The notes beneath the pieces were generated by a model. That model saw only the letters and a program-made list of their open reading frames with translations, searched no databases and was not told the DNA's origin. Positions 52,731-63,398 of a stretch of DNA of 64,000 nt are shown one piece after another (the first letter of the stretch is position 1; every line of letters begins with the position of its first letter). Source of the stretch: Nitrospirota bacterium (lineage in GTDB: Bacteria; Nitrospirota; UBA9217); NCBI GenBank assembly GCA_963818475.1, contig CAWFSF010000005.1, forward strand, positions 160,001-224,000, in the 5' to 3' direction. The translations under genes were made by a program, and so were the position numbers.

Positions 52731-53625
52731 TTACAAATGCGGCAGCTTCTGTTCTTTCACGAGCACCTCATGAAAAAGGTCGCCCATTCTTTCTGCCCTG
52801 CGCACAGCTTCCGAATGCATGATCTGAAGCTTTTCCGGGTCTCCCCTCTCCAGGTCCTCCCATGCAAGCGGGAACGAAACAAATGGTTTTTCCCTGGCAC
52901 GCAGGGAATAAACGCAGATCATGGTCTTCGAAGCGTCGTTCTGAGACCAGTTGATAAAAACCTTAGCTGTCCGGTATTGTTTCGCCATCTTCGCGGTCAC
53001 CAGGTCCGGATAATGTTTTTGCATGATCTCTGCCACGGCCTTTGAAAATATCTTCGTATCATCAAAGGTCGTCTCTTTTCGATTCAACGGAACAAAAGCA
53101 TGGAGCCCTTTCTTGCCCGAGGTCTTTACAACACTGAAAAGTCCCATGCGGAAGAGCAGGTCCCGAAGTATCAGCGCCACTTTGGCGCAATCCAGGATGC
53201 CCGCCCCATCTCCGGGATCCAGGTCGAAGACCATGGAATCGGGCGTCTCCGGCGATCATTGCCCTGGCCAGCGGCACGTGAAGCTCAAGGGCCGCAAGGT
53301 TCTCCGCCCAGATCAGTGTTTCCAGATCATTGACCAGGCACTGCGTCATCGGCTTTGCATCGCCATGCACGACCTCCGCTGTTCTCACCCATTCCGGACG
53401 GTGCGAAGGACAGCGTTTCTCGAAAAAGGAACTTTTTCCCACTCCTTCCGGATAGCGGGTAAACGTCACGGCCCTGTCTTTCAGATGGGGCAGCATGAAC
53501 GGCGCGATCCCGCGATAGTACTCCAGGATCTGAGCCTTCGTGAAGCCATGGGAGGGATAGAGGTCTTTTTCCAGGTTCGATAACGGGAGCCTTCTCCCGG
53601 CCATTTCAACGAATGTCCGGCTCAT
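52731..53625 (-). CDS. Stand-alone LigD polymerase (AEP primase-polymerase) domain, frameshifted
   Basis: LSNLEKDLYP, RYPEG, FFEKRCP, FDLDPG, KTSGKKGLH, YSLRAR. Confidence 0.92.
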
Positions 53626-54407
53626 CGATGCTCCTTCACTTTCTGCATGCTCTCTTCAAGCGCGGCGACCAGATCGGCCGGGCCTTCTCCCTCTTCTTCC
53701 GCCAATACAGGCGCCTCAACGGTCGCCTGCTCTTTTGCCTTCTGCTTCAGGAGGTCCATGATCCTTGTCCTGCGCTCGTTCGCATATTTCCCCGGCTCAA
53801 AGTCATGCATCATGTCCTTTATGCTCTTGACTATCCGCGTTTCTTCTTCAGCCTCGATCGTGCCTTTCTTCGGCGGGATGTCTTCGTGGAGAAGTATTTC
53901 GTCGCTGTAATGAAGGGTGATCAGTTCCAGCGCTCCCTCCCTGCTTATGACCGTCACCAGATATTCACGCTCGGCCAGCACGAATTTTGCCAGCCCGGCC
54001 TTGTTCGTCCGGTTCATCACCTCGACCAGCAGCTGATACGCTTTTTCTCCCCCTTTCGCGGGAACGAGATAATAGGGGTGATCAAAATAGATCGGGTCTA
54101 CTTCCTTCAGATCGATGAATTCAAGGATCTCGATCGTACGGCTCCGCTCCGGGGACAAGGATTCCAGTTCCTCGTCCGTCACCAGGACGTACCGGTCCGG
54201 CGCTGTCTCGTATCCCCTGACGATCTCGTCCGGGGGTACCAGCGTTCCCTCTTCCGGACAGAACATTTTTCGCGAGAGACGGGAGTAGTCCTTGGTGTGG
54301 AGCAGATGAAAGGAGACCCGCCCGGGTTCGAGGGCCGTGACCAACCGGACCGGTATCGCCACGAGGCTGAAACTGATCGTCCCGCTCCATATTCCCTGTA
54401 CGGCCAT
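53622..54407 (-). CDS. ku: Ku protein (NHEJ)
   Basis: IWSGTISFSLVAIPV, IVRGYE, VDPIYFDHPYYL, DLVAALEES. Confidence 0.93.
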   Translation of the reverse strand: MAVQGIWSGTISFSLVAIPVRLVTALEPGRVSFHLLHTKDYSRLSRKMFCPEEGTLVPPDEIVRGYETAPDRYVLVTDEELESLSPERSRTIEILEFIDLKEVDPIYFDHPYYLVPAKGGEKAYQLLVEVMNRTNKAGLAKFVLAEREYLVTVISREGALELITLHYSDEILLHEDIPPKKGTIEAEEETRIVKSIKDMMHDFEPGKYANERRTRIMDLLKQKAKEQATVEAPVLAEEEGEGPADLVAALEESMQKVKEHR

Positions 54408-54450
54408 GGCATGCCTCCTGGTTGACGATATCTAAAGATACAACACCTTT

Positions 54451-54550
54451 GACACGGATCACGGCGGATAAGAGCCTGATAAGGTCGGATTCTTATCTGT
54501 CTTCGATTTTCATCCCCCTGATCAGACGTCCATCCGACCCTATCCGTGTC
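54451..54550. repeat. Intergenic palindromic repeat element
   Basis: GACACGGAT ... ATCCGTGTC. Confidence 0.55.
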
Positions 54551-54613
54551 CAAAGTTTTTCCTGATCTCTCCTGCGTCCTGTGTGCGAATTATCCTTAAC
54601 TCGGGTCTTCCCC

Positions 54614-55387
54614 TCAGGCAGCTTTCTTCAGGCTCGCTTCAAGAGCCTGAAGCAGCTTGTCTGATTCCGTCGGTCTCAGTTGCCTGGGGGGCAGGACCGC
54701 GATCTTTTCTCCCCGTGCTTTTTTATCGATCATGAACTGCAGCTTCTTCTGATGCTCGTTCTGGAATTTGCGCCGGTTCAAAAGGAACGGTCAACTGGTC
54801 GATCAACTCGCTCCCGATCTTCAGTTCTTTCTCCGACAGGGGAACATGCTCCAGGGCGAGGGATCCCACGGATACCACTTCGTCGGCATAGCGCAGGGTG
54901 TTCAGGCGAAGGATATTCCCGCTCGCTTGCAAGGCCCCGAGGATAGGACCGTTTTCTCATGGTCCAGGTGCAGATGCCTGCCACGTCCATCTCCTGCAAC
55001 GCCTTGACCAGTGCAGTATATCCTTTTGCCCGGACATCCGGCTCCAGGTAGTAAACGCGAGCAAGGAAGAGCGGGGTCGATCTGTTCCACTTTGACGAAT
55101 TCGTGGACCTCGATCATGCGGCTGCTTTCCGATGCGGTCTGTTCGAGCTCCTCCGGATCGACCAGGATATATTTCCCCTCCTCCAATTCAAACCCCTTGG
55201 TTTGTTCTTCCGCCGGCACCGGCCGATTTTCATAGGCACAGATCATCTGCTGGCGAAGTCTCACCCGGTCATGTTTGTGAAGGAGGTGAAACTGGATCCG
55301 CTCCTCCCGTACCGCGGAATGCAGCTTGACGGCCACGTCCGTTTCACCAAAATGGATATTCCCTTTCCAGATCGTTCCCGCAGCCAT
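54614..55387 (-). CDS. ku: Second, divergent Ku protein (several frameshifts)
   Basis: IWKGNIHFG, IQFHLLH, KGFELEEG, LRYADEV, LLQALEASLKKAA*. Confidence 0.88.
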
Positions 55388-55607
55388 TGAAGTTCCTCCG
55401 TATCCCATCCTTTAATTGGGACTGATACTATCTTCTATGTAAAGGATATCACCGGATAGCGCAGGCGTCAACGGTGCGCCGGTCCGTTCCCTGATAGGAA
55501 AGTTGCAGCGGTGAAAGGCCGGCCTCCCCTCGCCGGTTTGACTCCCTGCGCGGAAGGGGCTACCTTTAACGGTAGGTAGAAAAAATGATCTCGAAAGGAG
55601 GAAGGAT

Positions 55608-56777
55608 ATGCAACAATTAGCATTGTTGTTGGGTATGCTGCTTCTTGCCTGGCCGTCCGCGGCGCCGGCCGAGTACGGCACGATCGATGCCCTCGCGAAG
55701 GCGTACAGCGTCGAGCAGTGCAAGTCCTGCCACGGCAAGGTGCACGGGGAATGGCAAGCATCCTACCATTCCCAGTCGATCGTGCACTCCCTCGGCGGCA
55801 TGAGGAACTTCATCGTCGTGGGACTGGGTCAGGAGTGGAAGAAGCCGGCGACCCGGGAGAACCTGATGCGCTGCATGGAGTGCCATGCCCCGCTGCTCAG
55901 GGACGCCTCGGAACCCCTGATGAAGGAGATCGCGGACCTCATCGTCGCTGCCGTCGATGACAAGGACGACGCCAAAAAGACCGCGGCAAAAAAGGAACTC
56001 GCGAAGCTCAACGTGAACTGCATCGTGTGCCACAATATGAAGATCGGCGCGGAAAAGAGTCTCCGCGGCGCACCGGTCCCCGGCGTTTACTATGGCCCGA
56101 CCGGCAAAGCCTCGCCGGCCCACAAGACGGAGAGATCGACGGAGATCACCTCGGCCATTTTCTGCGGCCAATGCCACGGGATCCTTAACGCGCCCGACGG
56201 CGAGTGGTTGGTCTGCAACACGCTCTACGGCAGCTATCAGGACGGCTACCGGGGCAACGGCGGGACCGAGACCTGCCAGGACTGCCACATGAAGGCACAG
56301 AACCGGGGTCACCGGTTCCCCGGTGCCTATGATGCGGATATCCTGAAGGACGGCATCGGCCTTGATGTGCAGGCTGTGGGCGTGAAGCTGTCGCCTGGCA
56401 AGTGGGTGCCCACCGCCATCGTGAACATCGGGATCACGAACCAGGCGGGCCACCGCATTCCCGATGGCTGACTATGGACAGCCAAAGTGGTCATGGAAGT
56501 GACCGCAAAGACAAATGCAGGAACCGTCGTATTGATAGGAAAAAAGGAATATTGGGAAGTGGGGCTCGACGTGGACGGAGATCATCGCACGGGCGCATGG
56601 CAGATCAGGGAGATTGTGGACCTCTCGCTGCCGCCGCGCAAGACCACGACGGAGCGTTTCATAACGGAGCTGCCCGAGGGAACGAAGAGCGCCGAGATCG
56701 AGGTGAAGATAACGGCCTATCCCTCGCCCAAGGCCGAGGTCCCGGTGTCTAAGGTCGTCAAGACGATCATGTTTTAA
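55608..56777 (+). CDS. ExtKL-type pentaheme cytochrome c selenoprotein, probable Sec at TGA 56469-56471
   Basis: Five CxxCH; GHRIPDG-TGA-LWTAKVVMEV continues in frame into the 56487 ORF; SECIS-like GTGGTCAT-GGAA-GTGACCGC. Confidence 0.88.
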
Positions 56778-56791
56778 CGAAGCCGGTTATG

Positions 56792-56834
56792 AAAAAAGGC
56801 CGGGTCGCTTATCCGTGATCCGGCCTTTTCTTTT
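56792..56834 (+). terminator. Intrinsic terminator (probably bidirectional)
   Basis: A6-GGCCGG...CCGGCC-TTTTCTTTT. Confidence 0.75.
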
Positions 56835-57059
56835 GTCAACAGGGTTTTTAAATTACGGCAGGAGTGCGTCTTGTTTTTATCAAGTTCCCCTATATAACGT
56901 TGATGTGTTTAGTGCCTATTGCGAAAGAGAAGAAAACCCTTCCGCCCTCTCACCGTATCGTCGCCTTTTACGAAAGCACCTCTTAGGATCATTGATCAAT
57001 AAATCAGTCGCTGGTCCACCGTGCGTAAAGCTTGCTGTCGAATAGAACACAAGGGGAAA

Positions 57060-58382
57060 CTACGCCGCGCGTTCCGCCTTTTGCGTCACGGGTTTGATAT
57101 TGAAATTGACGCGGAAAAGGTTGGCAGGATCATATAGTGCTTTTACCTGCTGCATTCTCGCATAGTTGGCCCCGAAGCTGGCCTCCAGCATCTTATCCTG
57201 TTCCTCTGCAAGACCCGCAAAATTCAGGTACGTTCTGGACTGGGAAAGGTCTTGCACTTCTTTGAGGGATGTTCTCGTCCACTGGATATTGGATACGTCA
57301 TCTTCCCGGGCATCCCAGTTAGACTCATAGTTGATGGTGAATTTGACATCCCGGCTTCCGAAAGCGGTCTCTGCGGGAGCAACCCGCGCGAACGCGCCCC
57401 CCATGGGCCAGATGTCGATCGACGTGAGCAGGGACGGCCGGGAGGCGCCATGCCGGACCACTGCTTCGATCACCGGTCCGGTCAGCTCCTTGATCAACGT
57501 CGATTTCCAGTAATATCGCCGGCCACTCGGATAATCTTCATCGAAGAATTTTTGGACATTTACCCATTTTTTGCGGCTCGTCAGGTCCGCTACCGCGGGT
57601 TTGCAGGTCCTTAGCGGTTTCAGCATCGCCTCAGCCTTCTCCGGCGGTCCGAGGTAGCAGCCTAACAGAAAAAGAACGGTGCTGCCACGGTATTTTTCAG
57701 GCACATCCGGCAGATCCGGCGCCGTCCAGAGCGCAGCCAGGACCATAAGCTCGTCCGGCGCCTCCGCCATGTATGCACGCAGGAAATGGAGAACGTCCGC
57801 AGCGTGATCCAGGGAAAACAGGGTAACGCCGAACAGCAGTTCGCGCGGGACAGGGTAAAGACGCGAGACAAAAGAGGTTACGATCCCGAAGTTGCCGCCG
57901 CCTCCCCGGAGCGCCCAGAACAGATCGGCGTGCTCTTCGGCATTTGCCCGGCGCAGCGCTCCGTCGGCGGTAACGATCTCGGCCTCGACCAGGTTGTCCG
58001 CTGCGAGTCCGCGTTTCCGCAGCTGCCATCCCATGCCGCCGTGCAGCGTGAGACCTGCGTATCCGGTTTCGGCCACGACACCCGTTGGCGTAGCGAGGCC
58101 ATGGACGGCGGTTTCATGGTCTACATCGCCGAGGACTGCGCCGCCCTCGATATGTACGAGCCTATGCTTCAGGTCGACCCGTACGGACCTCATCTCCGAC
58201 AGATCCACGACCATCCCTGGCTTCTTGTCGATCATCCCGTTCCAGAGCTTTCGCGATTGTCCATAGAGATCGTCATCGGGCAGGACCAGCCTGCCGCGAA
58301 GGCTTGCTTTTAAAGCATCAACTGCCGCTCCTTCAAGGATGGCTTCTCCTTCCCTGAGCGTTCTCACCTTCATATTCGACAT
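57060..58382 (-). CDS. FAD-binding oxidoreductase (berberine bridge enzyme family) with internal deletion
   Basis: DLFWALRGGGGNFGIVT, YDPANLFR; RGGGH segment absent. Confidence 0.85.
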   Translation of the reverse strand: MSNMKVRTLREGEAILEGAAVDALKASLRGRLVLPDDDLYGQSRKLWNGMIDKKPGMVVDLSEMRSVRVDLKHRLVHIEGGAVLGDVDHETAVHGLATPTGVVAETGYAGLTLHGGMGWQLRKRGLAADNLVEAEIVTADGALRRANAEEHADLFWALRGGGGNFGIVTSFVSRLYPVPRELLFGVTLFSLDHAADVLHFLRAYMAEAPDELMVLAALWTAPDLPDVPEKYRGSTVLFLLGCYLGPPEKAEAMLKPLRTCKPAVADLTSRKKWVNVQKFFDEDYPSGRRYYWKSTLIKELTGPVIEAVVRHGASRPSLLTSIDIWPMGGAFARVAPAETAFGSRDVKFTINYESNWDAREDDVSNIQWTRTSLKEVQDLSQSRTYLNFAGLAEEQDKMLEASFGANYARMQQVKALYDPANLFRVNFNIKPVTQKAERAA

Positions 58383-58587
58383 GATGGCACCCCCGTTCAC
58401 AGCCTTTTCAAGAACCCCGACTCAAACGCAAGCCCTGCAAGATGCGCTTGGAGTAGCCTTGGAAGAAGGGACAAAAGAACCAAACTATTTCCAATATAGC
58501 ATCTTTTGCGTGGTGGATAACTCTCCTGTGAGTGGCGGCCGCTCTGAAACCTTGGTATCATAATACGCGCGAAAACATGCGCCCGCT

Positions 58588-58616
58588 TTGACGATAGTGC
58601 GATCCGGTGCTATCCT
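58588..58616 (+). promoter_or_regulatory. Sigma70-like promoter
   Basis: TTGACG-N17-TATCCT with TG extension. Confidence 0.55.
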
Positions 58617-58666
58617 TAACAATGAGGAGTGTATCTGTCCTGATTATCCTAAGAAGGAGGCATAAC

Positions 58667-59645
58667 ATGGCAACCACGATAAAAAATAAAGATGAGCTGA
58701 CCATCACACGCATTTTTGATGCGCCCCGCGAGTTCGCCTGGAAAGCATGGACAGAGCCCGAGCGGGCTAAGAAGTGGTGGGGGCCGCAATATTTCACCGC
58801 GCCGGTCATCAAGATGGATCTCCGCGTGGGCGGCAAGTATCTCTATTGCATGCGCGGTCCCGACGGCAGGGACTATTGGAGCACGGGAGTATTTCGCGAG
58901 ATAGTTCCAATGGAGCGGCTTGTGATGACCGATAGTTTCGCCGATGAGCAGGGAAAAGTCGTACCGGCTTCTCACTACGGAATGGTCGGAGACTTCCCGC
59001 TTGAACTGCTGGTGACGGTGACGTTCGAAGCATATCGGCAACAAGACAAAAATGATCCTGCGGCATGAAGGTCTCCCGGCTGGCCAGATGAGGGACATGA
59101 CGCTGACCGGATGGAGCGGATCGTTCGATAAACTCGCCGAGAGCATCGTGCCGGTCGATCACACCCGGGTCATTGCAGAACCGGGAAAGCCGGAGGTCGT
59201 CATCACACGGGTGTATGACGCGCCGCGAGTTCAGGTGTTCAGAGCGCACACAGACCCGAACCTGATCCCGCAGTGGTGGGGGCCGGCACGATACACGACG
59301 GTGATCGACAAGATGGACGTGAGGCCGGGCGGCCAGTGGCGATTTGTGCAGCACGATGATGCGGGCAACAAGTTCGCATTCCACGGCGTGTATCATGATG
59401 TCCTTTCTCCCGAGCGCATCGTCGACACCTTTGAATTCGAAGGCACGCCGGGCCATGTATCTCTTGAAACGGCGACGTTCGAGGAGATGGGCGGCAGGAC
59501 AAAGTTCACTGCCCGGTCCGTGTTCCAGACGGTTGAGGACCGCGACGAAATGATCAAGGCAGGGATGGAGGAGGGCGTGTTAGAGACCATGGACCGTCTT
59601 GCAGAGCTTCTGGGGAAGCTTAAAATTGAACGGAAGGCGGCATGA
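58667..59645 (+). CDS. Tandem SRPBCC/AHSA1 domain protein (frameshift near 59035)
   Basis: Two ITR.[FY]DAPR...WWGP domains. Confidence 0.85.
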
Positions 59646-59675
59646 GTTTGACTTCATGCAGCAAGGAGGTGTGCG

Positions 59676-60095
59676 ATGAGAACCGTAAAACAATTACTCT
59701 TGGCCGTTCTCACGATGTTTCTCCTGATCTCGACAGCGGCAGCCGATGAGAAAGGCGGGCAGACCGCGGTGCCGGGCCCGGTCGTGATCAGTCTGGCAAA
59801 GTTCCCCATTACCGTGGGAGGCGGCGATTATGACCTGATGACGATAATCCAGGATTTTCCAGCTGGGGCAGGGTTCCCAACGCATAAGCACGGCGGGCAC
59901 GTGCTCGTAACGCTGCTGAGCGGTGAAATGACCCTGCACGAGAAGGGCATCGAGCGGGTGATCAAGTCTGGGGAGACTTGGACCGAACGCCCCGGCGATG
60001 TCCATTCAGTAGTAAATGCAGGGACAGTGACGGCGCGGGTTGTGGTAAGCATTCTGATCCCCAAAGGGGCCGAGGTCACCACGATAGTGAAATAG
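59676..60095 (+). CDS. Secreted cupin domain protein
   Basis: Signal peptide; PTHKH, GETWTERPGDVH. Confidence 0.85.
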   Translation: MRTVKQLLLAVLTMFLLISTAAADEKGGQTAVPGPVVISLAKFPITVGGGDYDLMTIIQDFPAGAGFPTHKHGGHVLVTLLSGEMTLHEKGIERVIKSGETWTERPGDVHSVVNAGTVTARVVVSILIPKGAEVTTIVK

Positions 60096-60136
60096 CGTAT
60101 ACAAAGGGCGGTTCAAAAAGCTGGGATTAAGGCTCT

Positions 60137-60199
60137 CACGCGGAGGTCACGGAGAACGCGAAGTTTTTAAAGAATTTTTTTCTCCGCGATCTCCGCGTG
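60137..60199. repeat. Intergenic palindromic repeat element
   Basis: CACGCGGAGGTCACGGAGA ... TCTCCGCGATCTCCGCGTG. Confidence 0.65.
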
Positions 60200-60255
60200 C
60201 CCTCGCTGTGCCGGCTTTCAATCCGCGGCTTTTTGTAGTAGTAATGGAAAACCCG

Positions 60256-60600
60256 TTAGTGATATCCCCGCTCTCCGAAGGGTTTGAGTTTGTCCAACCA
60301 CATCGCCTCAAGCGCTTTCAGATCATCCCGGTAGTCGTACGCCGGATCGTCAACGGGTTTGAGCTCGTCGAGGACCTCGACAACGAAGTTCTCTTCTCCC
60401 AGCTCTTTCCAGTCCTTTGCCAGGCCGGCACTGGGGAGGAAGGTCCCCATCTTGAGCTGAAAACGGATGCTGTTGATCGTGCCCGCGGTATTGACGCTTG
60501 CCGTGAGATAGACACGGTTGTTCCTGACGTTTTTAACCTGGACGATCCCCATGGGCCGGATGCTGTTCTTGTATTCCTTGACCCTTTCCCTGCGATTCAT
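60256..60600 (-). CDS. GIY-YIG-like small protein
   Basis: MGIVQVKN...RFQLKMG...DWKELGEENF...DLKALE.MW. Confidence 0.75.
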   Translation of the reverse strand: MNRRERVKEYKNSIRPMGIVQVKNVRNNRVYLTASVNTAGTINSIRFQLKMGTFLPSAGLAKDWKELGEENFVVEVLDELKPVDDPAYDYRDDLKALEAMWLDKLKPFGERGYH

Positions 60601-60862
60601 GATGCATCTCCTTCTGAACTCCTAGGGGGCCAGTGTCTTATGCCCGTGAGTAAGAACTTAACCACATAAAAGGCATTATGCAGAGCTGACGTTATAGGAA
60701 ATAATAGCAAAAAGCAAGGTTATTGGACGGGGTAATTTCGAGGTAACGATGTGAATCGGTAAGGTATGCGATTGGGGAGGTTCTCGTTCAGCGCTTTGCC
60801 TGCAGGCGCAAAGCCCCTCCCCTTCGAGGCAGAGATCGTTCTCTGTCGCGGCAGCAGGATGA

Positions 60863-61306
60863 TCACGCTGCTTTCTGCTCCGTCTTGAGAATGTAGTTCC
60901 GGAAATCTTTTTCGATATTTCTGATGAAGTTCTCGCGTCGTTCCGAATAATGGACGGTCTTGACCCTCAGGTAGATCTTGTAGTCGAGGTAGAAGTACAA
61001 CTCGAAGCTGCTCGCCCCGAGGCCTGCCAGGATCATGGTGTTCTTGAGCCGCATCAATTCCGGCGTGACCGCAAAATCCACTTTAAAAAGAGCGACGATG
61101 ATGACGACCAGGACAGCAAGGATCACATTAAAGTTCGTAAAGAACCTCCGCTCCAGTTCGGCATACTCGATCGATTCCACGTAATCGAACATTCTGCCGG
61201 CCTTCGCCTTGAACATTTCCCAGTCACAGGTCCGTGCATGGTAAAGAAGTGCTTTCCGATAGTTTTCCACTTCCTGATTGAATTGCTGCTCCATCCCCTT
61301 TCTCAT
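60863..61306 (-). CDS. Two-TM hypothetical protein
   Basis: AGGAG RBS; two hydrophobic helices. Confidence 0.7.
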   Translation of the reverse strand: MRKGMEQQFNQEVENYRKALLYHARTCDWEMFKAKAGRMFDYVESIEYAELERRFFTNFNVILAVLVVIIVALFKVDFAVTPELMRLKNTMILAGLGASSFELYFYLDYKIYLRVKTVHYSERRENFIRNIEKDFRNYILKTEQKAA

Positions 61307-61419
61307 GCCATTCTCCTTTCACCTGAAATGGTTCATGCTGCCTCCGTTTTATCGATTGATGCACGCCAATGACAGCGTGAACTTAACAGCCCAATAAACC
61401 ACTTACTTGCATTAATTAT

Positions 61420-61435
61420 AGCAACTATCATGCCC
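61420..61435 (-). promoter_or_regulatory. Sigma54-like promoter
   Basis: GGGCAT-GATAG-TTGCT (GG-N10-GC) upstream of the 61306 start. Confidence 0.45.
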
Positions 61436-61849
61436 TGTCTCAAAAACAGGGACTGCAAAATAGGCTCGTACCCTGCCGCGTGGAAACAGATTATTTTTCA
61501 AGACGTTATTTTTGGATCAGGTTTATTGCGAGGCAGAACAGCAGGATATTTTGATCAGGTGGGTGTGCAAATGCTACACACTATGGCGACATTGTTACTT
61601 TTTTCCACGCGTTGTCCCTTTTACACGCCTGAAGCGAGAAGCTTGCCGCTGTCGGTTGCACAAAAATCTCTTTTTTTGGATGACCCGTTTATTTCTGGAT
61701 AGCGTAGGTATCCGGTAATCCAGCTCTGGTAACTATGATCGAAACGAGCAGGCAAGATTGAATCATCCAAGAGCGTCCTGCCCTCTCGTGCTGCATTAAT
61801 GCGAGACACACGAATTCAAGCCAATTTGGGGGAAAGGAGGTGAAAGGAA

Positions 61850-62191
61850 ATGAACAGGTATAAGATTAAGTTGGTTATTGTTTCGGCGATCGCGGTATTT
61901 GCGCTGATGCAGACGGCCGGCGCCAATGCGGCCAACCCGGCGCAGCCGAAGTCGAAGCAAAAGCAGGTTACCGGCCAGGTGGTGTCGGTAAGCGATACCT
62001 CCATCGTGGTCAAGGGGAAGACCAGGGGCGCCGTGACACTGGCAGTGAACGAGAAGACCGTGTTCGTGGGCAACAAGGCTGCCAAAGCCGGAGAGCGGGC
62101 TGCGGTGAAATATCGCGCCGACAAGACCGGAAACACGGCAACTAAGATCAAAGTGATTGCCGAAGCACCCAGAACAAAAGCTCCTCAGTAA
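61850..62191 (+). CDS. Small secreted basic protein (OB-fold-like)
   Basis: Signal peptide; VTGQVVSVSDTSIVVKG. Confidence 0.7.
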   Translation: MNRYKIKLVIVSAIAVFALMQTAGANAANPAQPKSKQKQVTGQVVSVSDTSIVVKGKTRGAVTLAVNEKTVFVGNKAAKAGERAAVKYRADKTGNTATKIKVIAEAPRTKAPQ

Positions 62192-62264
62192 GCTGCTGCC
62201 CGGTCTTGCACACTTTAAGGCAGGCGCATTATGCGCCTGCCTTTTTTATGCGGACAGGAGCGGC

Positions 62265-62489
62265 CTATTTGCAGCCTGCACAGGATGACGATGAGCAGCC
62301 GCCGCAGCCGGCACTGCCCGGGGAACCTGAGGACGCGCTGCTGGACGACCTGCCCGTACCGAAGCGCGACATGAGCTTCTCCGTGTTGGCGGAGCCGCAC
62401 TTTTCGCACGCCACGGCCGGATTCGATCCGAAGACCAGCTTCTCGAACTCGGCATTGCAGTCATTACAGTGATATTCGTAGATAGGCAT
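62265..62489 (-). CDS. FmdB family zinc-ribbon protein
   Basis: MPIYEYHCNDC...FE...CEKCGS. Confidence 0.9.
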   Translation of the reverse strand: MPIYEYHCNDCNAEFEKLVFGSNPAVACEKCGSANTEKLMSRFGTGRSSSSASSGSPGSAGCGGCSSSSCAGCK

Positions 62490-62678
62490 CAAGATCACCA
62501 ATGTCCAAATCCGAAGCTCAAAATCCTACAGATAAGTTCGAATTCTCAAAATTGCAGATTTAAAGACAGCTCGGGCCTGATCAACCGCGAATGAACGCGA
62601 ATAGTTACGCTACTGTTTTTTCATGAATTACGCCGTTCATTCGTGTCTTCGTGTCTCCGTGGTTAAATCCGCCTTGTC

Positions 62679-63326
62679 TTACTTCTTCTCCAGCTTCTTC
62701 CAGTCCGCCAGGAACTTCTCGATCCCGATGTCCGTGAGCGGATGCTTGACCAGCTGGTCGATCACGCTGAACGGTATCGTTGCGATGTGCGCGCCCACCA
62801 TGGCAGCGTCCACCACATGGAGCGGGTTCCGGACGCTGGCCACGATCACCTCGGTGGGATAGCCGTAGTTGTCGAATATCGTGACCATCTGCTCCACCAG
62901 GTCCATGCCGTAGTGGCTGATGTCGTCGAGCCTGCCCACGAAGGGACTGACGTATGCCGCGCCGACCTTGGCCGCAAGCAGCGCCTGGGAAGCGGAGAAC
63001 ACCAGGGTCATGTTCACCCTGATGCCTTTGTCAGCCAGCACCTTCGTCGCCTTGAGCCCGTCCTTGGTCATGGGGAGCTTCACCACGATGTTCTTGTGGA
63101 TCTTCGCCAGCTCCAGGCCCTCGACCACCATCTTGTCCGCTTCAAGGCTTACGGCCTCGGCGCTGATCGGGCCGTCGACGATCTCGCAGATCTCGGCGAT
63201 GACCTGCTTGAAATCCCTGCCCTCTTTGGCGATGAGCGAGGGATTGGTGGTGACCCCGTCAACCACGCCGAAGCTCGCCGCCTCGCGGATCTCTTTTACA
63301 TTCGCAGTATCGATAAAAAATTTCAT
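62679..63326 (-). CDS. fsa: Transaldolase / fructose-6-phosphate aldolase
   Basis: [28 protein letters not shown]. Confidence 0.93.
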   Translation of the reverse strand: MKFFIDTANVKEIREAASFGVVDGVTTNPSLIAKEGRDFKQVIAEICEIVDGPISAEAVSLEADKMVVEGLELAKIHKNIVVKLPMTKDGLKATKVLADKGIRVNMTLVFSASQALLAAKVGAAYVSPFVGRLDDISHYGMDLVEQMVTIFDNYGYPTEVIVASVRNPLHVVDAAMVGAHIATIPFSVIDQLVKHPLTDIGIEKFLADWKKLEKK

Positions 63327-63398
63327 GCTCGTTCCTTTCCAGTTCCTGTTAGTTTTTTCCTGAACCCTGGCCCCTGAACCCCGGACCCTGGACCCTAT

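Noticed and set aside
63360-63397. 7-nt CCCTGAA/CCCTGGA-type tandem repeats
   Set aside because: Short low-complexity intergenic repeat with no independent evidence of function
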